A stretch of DNA of 53,286 nt from Tubiluchus corallicola (taxonomy: Eukaryota; Animalia; Priapulida): contig JAQGDQ010002422.1 of assembly GCA_030141605.1 (NCBI GenBank), positions 1 to 53,286 of the forward strand, written 5' to 3'. The notes below the pieces were generated by a model that saw only the letters and a program-made list of their open reading frames with translations, searched no databases and was not told where the DNA came from. The number at the start of each line of letters is the position of its first letter. The stretch's first letter is position 1. Below, piece by piece: positions 10,393 through 18,632 of this stretch. The position numbers and the translations under genes are program-made.

Positions 10393-11559
10393 TTAATCCT
10401 CTATAACAATCGTGTCCTCATCCGCATTCTTACGCTTTTTCTTGCCCTCTCTCCTAGGCTCAGCTGGCATATCAGACTCTTTTCCCTTTTCCATCGCTTC
10501 CACAGTTTCCACCATTTCCATCGCTTCCACAGTTTCCGCCACTTCCATCGCTTCCACTTCTTTCGGAGGCAATATCTCTAAAGAATCCACAGCAGGCGTT
10601 AATGACTCTTTCTTCAGCGCGCTCCCTTTCTCTTGCCGCTCCTTCTTCCCAGAAGAGGGCTCTTCTTCCACCGATATATGCCGCTCTTTCTGCTGCGAAA
10701 AAGACTCGCCTTCCTTAGAGGTCAAAGTATGCAAAATACACCCTAAACGATCCTTTAAATCTTTCCGATGAACAACAATATCAACAACACCATGCTCCCG
10801 CAAATACTCAGACCGCTGAAAATTATCCGGCAGCTTTTCACGTATCGTCTGCTCAATAACACGCGCTCCCGCGAACCCAATCGTCGCGCCCGGCTCCGCA
10901 ATCGCAATATCCCCAAGCATCGCAAACGAAGCGGAAACACCCCCCGTTGTCGGATCCGTCAAAATGACAATAAATGGTAAACCCGCCTCCTTCACATTCT
11001 CAACAGCTATCGTCGTGCGCGCCATTTGCATCAACGATAAAATACCCTCCTGCATTCTCGCTCCACCAGAAGAAGGAACAACAATCAATGAACACCCTTC
11101 CGATACCGCACGCTCACTCGCCGCAAGCAATCCCTCACCAACAGCTGTCCCCATCGATCCCCCCATAAAGAAAAAATCAAACGCGGCAACAACAGCCCGA
11201 CTCCCCCCAACAAAACCAACACCAACCTGTAAAGCATCCTGCCGATCCGCTTTCGAGCGCGCGTCCTTCAAACGATCCGTATATCGTCGCAAATCCCGAA
11301 ATTTCAAAGGATCATCCGATACCTCCGGAAGAGAAACATTCTCCCATTCCCCAAAATCAAACAAAGAAGCCAAACGCTTATCCGCCCCTATTCTCATATG
11401 ATAATCACAATGAGCGCAAGCATATAAATGCCGCTCTAAATCCCGATGAAAAATAATCTGACCACACGAATTGCATTTATGCCATAAGTTATCCGGTATC
11501 TCCTTACTTCTTACTAAGCTTTGTAATTTCGGTCTAACTAAATTTTTTAACCAATTCAT
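10393..11559 (-). CDS. accD: acetyl-CoA carboxylase carboxyltransferase beta subunit with long charged C-terminal tail
   Basis: Zn finger CNSC...CAHC, FMGGSMG, SGGARMQEG, DPTTGGVSASFA, GFAGARVIEQT. Confidence 0.97.
   Translation of the reverse strand: MNWLKNLVRPKLQSLVRSKEIPDNLWHKCNSCGQIIFHRDLERHLYACAHCDYHMRIGADKRLASLFDFGEWENVSLPEVSDDPLKFRDLRRYTDRLKDARSKADRQDALQVGVGFVGGSRAVVAAFDFFFMGGSMGTAVGEGLLAASERAVSEGCSLIVVPSSGGARMQEGILSLMQMARTTIAVENVKEAGLPFIVILTDPTTGGVSASFAMLGDIAIAEPGATIGFAGARVIEQTIREKLPDNFQRSEYLREHGVVDIVVHRKDLKDRLGCILHTLTSKEGESFSQQKERHISVEEEPSSGKKERQEKGSALKKESLTPAVDSLEILPPKEVEAMEVAETVEAMEMVETVEAMEKGKESDMPAEPRREGKKKRKNADEDTIVIED
10489..10557. repeat. 27-bp tandem repeat (about 2.6 copies) in the accD tail
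   Basis: Unit ttccatcgcttccacagtttcc(a/g)cca(t/c); encodes VEAMEVAET/VEAMEMVET/VEAME. Confidence 0.9.
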
Positions 11560-11747
11560 GCTACCTTATTCCTTTTATCCATAAATTATCGCCAAGCTTC
11601 TATATCAACAACACAATCAGCCTGTACAAAAATAATTATGGCAAACCTTCCCACAAAACGCAACGATTGATCCCCACTAATAGCCACAAAGAAACAACAA
11701 AAACTCTCAACATCCCACCTGTAAAATCCTCAAGAGTGTAAAGCACT

Positions 11748-12047
11748 CTATTTCTCAAGATGGCGCAGGCGCTCAATCTCATGATCTTTCTCTAGAGAAT
11801 CCCTATATAACCGACGGCGCTCGGAACGAATATGACTCCCCGCCTGCCACGCCGAGAATCCTCCCAAAACCACCCCCAAAAACAAACCCAGAAAAACAAG
11901 CAAATATAAAGGAAGATCAAATAAATAACCCCATGGCCATAAAGAAATAGGAATTAATGCAGAATTTGATATCGCAAAATTAATATAAACAACACCAACT
12001 ACCAAAACTAAAATTCTTACTAAACTTCTCACAAAACAAGCCCTCAC
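11748..12047 (-). CDS. LapA/DUF1049-like small membrane protein
   Basis: Two hydrophobic segments, N-x-x-x-I-x-I-S-L-W-P..LPLYLL pattern, charged C-terminal tail; usual position downstream of ihfB. Confidence 0.75.
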   Translation of the reverse strand: MRACFVRSLVRILVLVVGVVYINFAISNSALIPISLWPWGYLFDLPLYLLVFLGLFLGVVLGGFSAWQAGSHIRSERRRLYRDSLEKDHEIERLRHLEK

Positions 12048-12256
12048 ACCATAAAAATTTCCACCGATATTCTAATGTTATACCAAAAAATCCTTTATAA
12101 AAAGTATCCATTTTCAACAGATAACAACATTTTTAACCTCAACTGACTTTCATTAAAAAAGCATATTTATTATCCTATTTTAAACAATAGACACTAAAAT
12201 AATATAGTATGAATATAAACTATCTTCTTACTTGAAAAAATAAACAGGAAAATAAA

Positions 12257-13102
12257 ATGATACAAAATCCCCCCCTCTCTTTTGATCAAAAAATGAACGA
12301 ATTATCAAAAAAAAGAAGCAGCTTTTGCCTAGGCGTCGATCCTTCCACCGACATCTTAAAAAAATGCGGCCTAGATGACACAATACAAGGGCTGGAAACA
12401 TTCACAAACTCTATACTCGAGTGGATCGGCGCAGAACTCGCCATCGTCAAACCACAAAGCGCGTACTTCGAAAGATTCGGCCACCGCGGGTTAAAAATAC
12501 TCAGCGACTTCATTCGCGAAATGAAACAAAGAGACACTCTCGTTCTTCTCGACGCTAAAAGAGGCGACATCATCACGACAAATGAAGCCTACGCGCAAGC
12601 TACCTTCGATATCGTAAACGGCTATGGAGCCGACGCCATTACCGTCAGTCCCTATCTTGGGTTCGATTCTCTAGAGCCCTTCTTTCACGCCGCTGAAAAT
12701 AACAACGGGAAAATATTCATCGTCGTTGCCTCATCAAACCCAGAAGGCGTAAAAATACAAAATAGCCGCACCTCCGAAAATCTCTCCCTTTCAGAATTCA
12801 TAGCGACCGCTATACAAAAGAGAAATCACCACTCCAACGGAAAAAACCCCTGCGCAGCCGTCATCGGCGCCACAAGAGAGGATGTCTTCCAAACACTCAC
12901 CAGCCAAATAGGAAACAGCTTCATACTCGCACCAGGACTCGGCTCTCAAGGCGCCAGCATCGACGCGCTGAAAACAATCCCTCAGCCAGAAAGACTCATT
13001 CCAACATCTTCCCGATCCGTGCTCTCTCATTGCTCAAAGCAAGAAAACTTCATAACACAGATCAAAATAGAAAAAGAAAAAGCATTCTCTCTAATATTAT
13101 AA
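12257..13102 (+). CDS. pyrF: orotidine-5'-phosphate decarboxylase (long, subfamily 2 type)
   Basis: CLGVDP, VKPQSAYFERFG, LDAKRGDI..T, SPYLGFDSL, LAPGLGSQG, SSRS. Confidence 0.93.
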   Translation: MIQNPPLSFDQKMNELSKKRSSFCLGVDPSTDILKKCGLDDTIQGLETFTNSILEWIGAELAIVKPQSAYFERFGHRGLKILSDFIREMKQRDTLVLLDAKRGDIITTNEAYAQATFDIVNGYGADAITVSPYLGFDSLEPFFHAAENNNGKIFIVVASSNPEGVKIQNSRTSENLSLSEFIATAIQKRNHHSNGKNPCAAVIGATREDVFQTLTSQIGNSFILAPGLGSQGASIDALKTIPQPERLIPTSSRSVLSHCSKQENFITQIKIEKEKAFSLIL

Positions 13103-13143
13103 GAGCCAACATTCTCTAATGAATAAAAAATAAACCTAACAGT

Positions 13144-13425
13144 TTATAAATGATTTAAAAGACGGTGCATAACCTTACCCGCCCTGAAAACCAATACACG
13201 GCGCTTTGAAACATGCACCGGAGCACCCGTCTGCGGATTGCGACCTATGCGCTCTTGACGCTCTCGAGTGACAAAGGTTCCAAAACCTCTTAACTCCACC
13301 CGATAACCTTCCGCTAGGGAATCTGATATTTTCTGAAATACAGAACGAACAATCGCTTCAATGTCGCTCTGAGGTAAATTTGGATTTTTTTGTGCTATTT
13401 TTAATACAAGTTCAGACCTAGTCAT
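13144..13425 (-). CDS. ihfB: integration host factor beta subunit
   Basis: MTRSELV...RVELRGFGTF...GRNPQTG; start set at the MTRSEL ATG; follows rpsA. Confidence 0.92.
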   Translation of the reverse strand: MTRSELVLKIAQKNPNLPQSDIEAIVRSVFQKISDSLAEGYRVELRGFGTFVTRERQERIGRNPQTGAPVHVSKRRVLVFRAGKVMHRLLNHL

Positions 13426-13519
13426 TTTATATACTCTTTTTATTACCAATATAATTTTATAAATACAAAAAAAAGAAAGAATCTATTGCCCACAATAGAT
13501 TCTTTCAATCATCATAACT

Positions 13520-15331
13520 TTAAACAGTTTCTTTTTCCTCTTCTTTCTCTTCTATTTTTTCCTCTTCTGAAACCGAATCCGTCGTTTGTGCCGCTTTTTT
13601 CGCTTCTTCCGAAGCTCTCTCTTCCGCAACAGCAACAGCCTTCGCCTTCATCGCCTCACTTAATACATCACCGAGACTCGATCCTCCCTCAGAAGTCGAA
13701 CGAATATCAGCCATGAGTTTTCTCTCTTCCGCAATCTCATAAGCGCGAACAGATAACTGAACAGAACGGCTAGCAGAATCAATATAAGCAATACGCGCCT
13801 CCAGCTTGTCACCAGCCTTAAAACGATCCGAACGCTGCTCTTCCCGAACACGCGACAAATCCACACGGCGTATAAATCCCTGAAAGCCCGACGGAAGCTC
13901 AACATCTAAACCAGCCTCGGAGATATTCACAACAGTAACCTCAACAGAATCACCCTGCTTCAAATTCCCCAACACTTTCTCAAACGGATCATCCGTAAGC
14001 TGCTTGATACCAAGAGAAACACGACCTTTCTCCACATTGATATCCAAAACCTTAACCGTAATTGTATCTCCCTTCTTATAACCAGAAAGAGCCTCCGCTC
14101 CACTCTGATCCCACGAAAGATCCGATAAATGCGCCATGCCATCTATCTCACCAGGAAGACCTATAAAAAGACCAAACTCCGTAATATTACAAATCTGACC
14201 GGCAACCTCACTCCCAATAGGATAATGATTCGCAAACTCTTCCCACGGATTAGGCGTACATTGCTTCAACCCTAAAGAAATCCGCCGCTTGTCCGAATCA
14301 ACATCCAAAACAGCAACCTCAACTTCCTGAGACGTCGAGACAACCTTCGATGTATGAATATTCTTGCGAGTCCAGCTCATCTCCGAAACATGGACAAGCC
14401 CCTCAACACCCGGCTCCAACTCGACAAAAGCACCATAATCCGTAACATTCGTCACACGACCTGTAAACTTGCCGCCAACCGGGTATTTCGCCATAACATC
14501 ACGCCACGGATCAACCTCAAGCTGCTTCATTCCCAGAGAAATACGCTGCGTCTTCTCATCAAAACGAATAACCTGAACATTCACCGGCTGACCAACAGAT
14601 AAAACCTCGCTGGGATGATTAATACGATGCCACGCTATATCCGTAACATGCAACAATCCATCCACACCACCAAGATCTATAAAAGCACCATAATCCGTAA
14701 TATTCTTTATGACACCCTCCAGAATCTTGCCTTCCTGAATCTTCGAAACCAACTCGGCTTTCGCCTCGGAACGAACCTCCTCTAAAATAGCGCGGCGGGA
14801 AACAACAATATTCGAACGGTTTCTCTCCATCTTCAAAATAACAAAAGGCTGCGGAACACCCATAAGCGGCGTTACATCCCGTATAGGACGAACATCAATC
14901 TGACTGCCCGGCAAAAACGCGATAGAACCACTTAAATCAACAGTAAAGCCCCCTTTCACCCGACGGAAAATCGTACCGGTAACACGCTTCCCTTCCTTGT
15001 GAATCTTCTCAAGCTCAATCCACGATTCCTCGCGGCGCGCTTTCTCCCGACTTAACTGAATAAGATCATCCCTGCCTTCATAACGCTCTATAAAAACATC
15101 CACCTTCTCCCCAGAAGAAAGCGTCTTTTCTTGACCAGGGGAATAAAATTCCTTAAGCGGTATACGCCCCTCAGACTTTAAACCAACATCCACAATCGCA
15201 TAATCATCACTAACATTCAAAACCGTACCTGTAACAACACGACCTTCAAAACGCTCATTCTCCGTAAACGATTCTTGCAAAAGATCCGAAAAACTCTCTT
15301 CCTCAAAAGGAAGAACTTCAACTTTTTCCAT
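13520..15331 (-). CDS. rpsA: 30S ribosomal protein S1
   Basis: Multiple S1 repeats (DYGAFIDLGGVDGLLHVTD, DYGAFVELEPGVEGLVHVSEMSW, RISLGLKQ). Confidence 0.98.
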   Translation of the reverse strand: MEKVEVLPFEEESFSDLLQESFTENERFEGRVVTGTVLNVSDDYAIVDVGLKSEGRIPLKEFYSPGQEKTLSSGEKVDVFIERYEGRDDLIQLSREKARREESWIELEKIHKEGKRVTGTIFRRVKGGFTVDLSGSIAFLPGSQIDVRPIRDVTPLMGVPQPFVILKMERNRSNIVVSRRAILEEVRSEAKAELVSKIQEGKILEGVIKNITDYGAFIDLGGVDGLLHVTDIAWHRINHPSEVLSVGQPVNVQVIRFDEKTQRISLGMKQLEVDPWRDVMAKYPVGGKFTGRVTNVTDYGAFVELEPGVEGLVHVSEMSWTRKNIHTSKVVSTSQEVEVAVLDVDSDKRRISLGLKQCTPNPWEEFANHYPIGSEVAGQICNITEFGLFIGLPGEIDGMAHLSDLSWDQSGAEALSGYKKGDTITVKVLDINVEKGRVSLGIKQLTDDPFEKVLGNLKQGDSVEVTVVNISEAGLDVELPSGFQGFIRRVDLSRVREEQRSDRFKAGDKLEARIAYIDSASRSVQLSVRAYEIAEERKLMADIRSTSEGGSSLGDVLSEAMKAKAVAVAEERASEEAKKAAQTTDSVSEEEKIEEKEEEKETV

Positions 15332-15362
15332 TCATTATATTCCTTTGTAATATAGTATAATT

Positions 15363-15398
15363 TTCCTGCCAATCGGTTTTATCCAATGGTCTTAAAAA
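15363..15398 (-). promoter_or_regulatory. putative rpsA leader structure
   Basis: Minus strand reads taagaccattggataaaaccgattggcagg just upstream of rpsA; resembles, from memory, the leader hairpin seen before alphaproteobacterial rpsA. Confidence 0.35.
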
Positions 15399-15653
15399 AC
15401 AATTTTTCTCAACGTAAATTTATTTAAAAACCCACAAAAACCAGTTTTAAAAAAAAAATATAGGCTCATCAAGCCCATACCACTATAAAAAAAAATAAAA
15501 AAAACTTCAACATCTTTAATTTACTTGATCGCAGAAAGAAAAAACACCCCCATAATCTTATGGCGATGTCCCACAACCCAATAGCCCTTGAAATCCCCCA
15601 TTATAAGCAGATCTCAAGAGCAGTAAATCTCACGATAATGAAAAACACCCTCT

Positions 15654-16316
15654 TTAAGCGCGCTTCTCTAAATCACCCTTAACAGCTTTATTCTCTATAA
15701 TTTTTAAAGCGCTTGATAAAACCGATTCTGGATCCAACGTATCCGTAATAATAATATGCGCATCATACGCTGGCTTTAAAGGCGCTACTTTTCGCATGCG
15801 ATCCCGAACATCCCGACGACGTACATCCTCCAAAACAATATTGAAATCCCGCTCAATCCCATGCCCCTTCAGCTCCAACCAGCGACGACGCGCCCGAACC
15901 TCCGGCGACGCCGTGATAAATATTTTCACATGCGCATCAGGACAAATCACCGTCCCAATATCACGCCCCTCCAAAATCGCCCCTTCCTTCCCATCAGGAG
16001 GATGAGAGGCAAAATTACGCTGATAAGAAATCAACGCCTCGCGAATTCTCGGGTAAACACCTATCTTAGACGCAGCTTCTCCAATCTTCTCCTCCTTTAA
16101 ATTCAAAGCTGACAAAATCTGCGGGGTAATCTCCGGAACCAACGCGCAAAGACGATCAACATCCCCCAAAGAAATCGACGAGGATAAAGCCATATAACCA
16201 ATCGCTCGGTATAAAGATCCCGTATCAAGATGAGCATACCCCAATTTGGATGAAAGCTGCTTCGCTAACGTTCCTTTGCCCGCCGCAGCCGGGCCATCAA
16301 TTGCTATAACTACCAT
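15654..16316 (-). CDS. cmk: cytidylate kinase
   Basis: IAIDGPAAAGKGT, LDTGSLYR, EGRDIGTVICPDA, RARRR. Confidence 0.97.
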   Translation of the reverse strand: MVVIAIDGPAAAGKGTLAKQLSSKLGYAHLDTGSLYRAIGYMALSSSISLGDVDRLCALVPEITPQILSALNLKEEKIGEAASKIGVYPRIREALISYQRNFASHPPDGKEGAILEGRDIGTVICPDAHVKIFITASPEVRARRRWLELKGHGIERDFNIVLEDVRRRDVRDRMRKVAPLKPAYDAHIIITDTLDPESVLSSALKIIENKAVKGDLEKRA

Positions 16317-16601
16317 TTCTCTCTATTCTCAACATCGTTTCTCTCTGATTTATATCCCTAAAATCCCTAGAATATATAAAATATTACGGTGTAAAGCTAA
16401 TAAATACTCGGCATAAATAGTCAGTAATAAATCATACCCTTAGCCTATAGTATCGCGAAATCCTTAATCGTACATAAATATTTTATCAAAATTTAAAATA
16501 ATCACTCTCTAATAGAATATATAACTATAGTGTTGGTATAAAACATTTTTTTAATTAATTTTCACCCTATAAAACAAACCATAAAATCACAAAGCCATCA
16601 G

Positions 16602-16630
16602 TTGCAATCCCACACAATATACAGTATAGT
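16602..16630 (+). promoter_or_regulatory. sigma70-type promoter of rpmI-rplT
   Basis: TTGCAA-17 nt-TATAGT about 85 nt upstream of rpmI. Confidence 0.6.
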
Positions 16631-16714
16631 AATGCAAATCATAATAACGGCTCCTCCGGCAGGGCATGCCGCAAAAGCCAAAAAATATCCCTAAACACCA
16701 AGAAAGGAGATAAA

Positions 16715-16909
16715 ATGCCCAAGTTGAAAAATAAATCCAGCGCTAAAAAGCGATTCAGCTTTACAGCCAGCGGAAAAGTAAGATCAAGCGCCGCTTTTCG
16801 AAGCCACTTCCTACGACACCGTTCCCAAAAAATGAAGCGTAAAGCACGCGGGACCATGATTCTATCCCCTGCTGACGCCCGTATCGTTAAAACATACCTT
16901 CGGGGCTAA
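16715..16909 (+). CDS. rpmI: 50S ribosomal protein L35
   Basis: MPKLKNKSSAKKRF..TASGKV; AAGGAG RBS. Confidence 0.97.
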   Translation: MPKLKNKSSAKKRFSFTASGKVRSSAAFRSHFLRHRSQKMKRKARGTMILSPADARIVKTYLRG

Positions 16910-16929
16910 TTCTAAGGAGATTATAATCA

Positions 16930-17283
16930 ATGGCTCGAGTTAAAAAAGGCGTCACAAAACACGCACGACATAAAAAAATTCTCAAACTGGCAAAAGGCTA
17001 CCGCGGACGAAGCAAAAATAACTATCGAATCGCTCTGGAACGCGTCGAAAAAGCCCTCCGATACGCCTATCGCGACAGGCGCACAAAAAAACGCGACTTC
17101 AGAAGACTATGGATACAAAGAATCAACGCCGCAGCAAGAGAACACGGATTGACATACTCACTCTTTATTAACGGACTCAATAAAGCCGGAATTAAAGTCG
17201 ATCGAAAAATCCTCGCCGACATGGCCGTCCTAGAACCCAAAAGCTTCGAAGCACTCACACAGCAGGCAAAAGCGCACCTGTAA
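16930..17283 (+). CDS. rplT: 50S ribosomal protein L20
   Basis: [35 protein letters not shown]. Confidence 0.98.
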   Translation: MARVKKGVTKHARHKKILKLAKGYRGRSKNNYRIALERVEKALRYAYRDRRTKKRDFRRLWIQRINAAAREHGLTYSLFINGLNKAGIKVDRKILADMAVLEPKSFEALTQQAKAHL

Positions 17284-17382
17284 TTAAGCCGCACGCTTAA
17301 AAAAGATTAGCGAAAATCTTTCAGCTACTTAAGTTCCTCCCCTCAAAAAAAAACGGGGGGAGATAAGCCTGCTTTAAAAAGA

Positions 17383-17405
17383 GCGAGGGTATTTTATACC
17401 CTCGC
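17383..17405. terminator. hairpin between rplT and pheS
   Basis: Perfect 10-bp stem gcgagggtat-ttt-ataccctcgc; no clear U-tract on the + strand. Confidence 0.45.
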
Positions 17406-17555
17406 CAGTAAGCAAACCATAACGCTGTTGTTTGAATTCTTCTAAAAATACTCTATTATAAACCCACACCCTTTTCTTAATAAATAACAGTATCGGCAGA
17501 ATAAACCATCCCCATAAAGGATGCCTCTGAAGATAATAAAGGCTTAAGTAAAAAA

Positions 17556-18632
17556 ATGAAACAATACGAAACTCTCCTCACCGAAACCCTCGTTGCTATC
17601 GAGAAAACAACAACTTTGCAAGAGCTTAACGATATTCGCGTCGCCTCTCTCGGAAAAAAAGGCGCCATCACACAGCTGACACGAACCCTCTCTCAGCTTG
17701 CTCCCGAACAACGACGAGAAGCCGGCAGCACAATCAATACACTCAAATCAAAAATCGAAGCCGCCGTCAAAACCCATAAAACAACCCTTGAGGAAAAACT
17801 CCTTCAAGAGAAACTCTCACAGGAAACAATCGACGTTACACTGCCACCACCACCAGAAAAAAACGGAACCATCCACCCCATCACGCAAACATTCGATGAA
17901 ATTATCGCCATCTTTGGCGCCATGGGGTTTTCCGTCGTCGAAGGGCCCGATATCGAAACAGACTGGTACAATTTCGAGGCCTTGAATATCCCTAAAGAAC
18001 ATCCCGCAAGACAAGAACATGATACCTTCTACCTGACCGCTCATAACGATCAGAGCCCAAAACTCCTGCGGACACATACCTCCCCTGTGCAAATCAGAAC
18101 CCTTTTGGAAACACCCCCTCCTGTGCGGATTATCGTCCCGGGGCGAACCTACAGATGCGACTCCGACCTTACACACTCCCCCATGTTTCATCAGGTTGAA
18201 GGGCTGCTCATCGATAAAAAAACACATCTTGGGCACCTAAAAGGATGCCTGATCGAATTTTGTAAAACATTCTTTAACCAACCTAACCTTCCCATGCGAT
18301 TTCGCGCAAGCCACTTCCCTTTTACAGAACCCTCCATGGAAGTCGATATCGGCTACAAAAAAGAAAATAACACCATCATGATTGGATATGACGACCAATG
18401 GCTGGAAATACTCGGCTGCGGTATGGTACATCCCAACGTCCTGAAAAACTGCAACCTTGATCCCGATATCTATCAAGGATTCGCCTTCGGAATGGGCGTT
18501 GAGCGAATCGCTATGCTGAAATATGGCGCACCCGACCTGCGCGCCTTCTTCGAATCTGACATCCGATGGCTGCAGCATTACGGCTTCTCACCTCTTGATA
18601 TCCCATCTCTGACAAAAGGGCTCCACTCATGA
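17556..18632 (+). CDS. pheS: phenylalanine--tRNA ligase alpha subunit
   Basis: HPARQEHDTFY, LRTHTSPVQIR, HSPMFHQVEG, FPFTEPS, GFAFGMGVER. Confidence 0.98.
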   Translation: MKQYETLLTETLVAIEKTTTLQELNDIRVASLGKKGAITQLTRTLSQLAPEQRREAGSTINTLKSKIEAAVKTHKTTLEEKLLQEKLSQETIDVTLPPPPEKNGTIHPITQTFDEIIAIFGAMGFSVVEGPDIETDWYNFEALNIPKEHPARQEHDTFYLTAHNDQSPKLLRTHTSPVQIRTLLETPPPVRIIVPGRTYRCDSDLTHSPMFHQVEGLLIDKKTHLGHLKGCLIEFCKTFFNQPNLPMRFRASHFPFTEPSMEVDIGYKKENNTIMIGYDDQWLEILGCGMVHPNVLKNCNLDPDIYQGFAFGMGVERIAMLKYGAPDLRAFFESDIRWLQHYGFSPLDIPSLTKGLHS

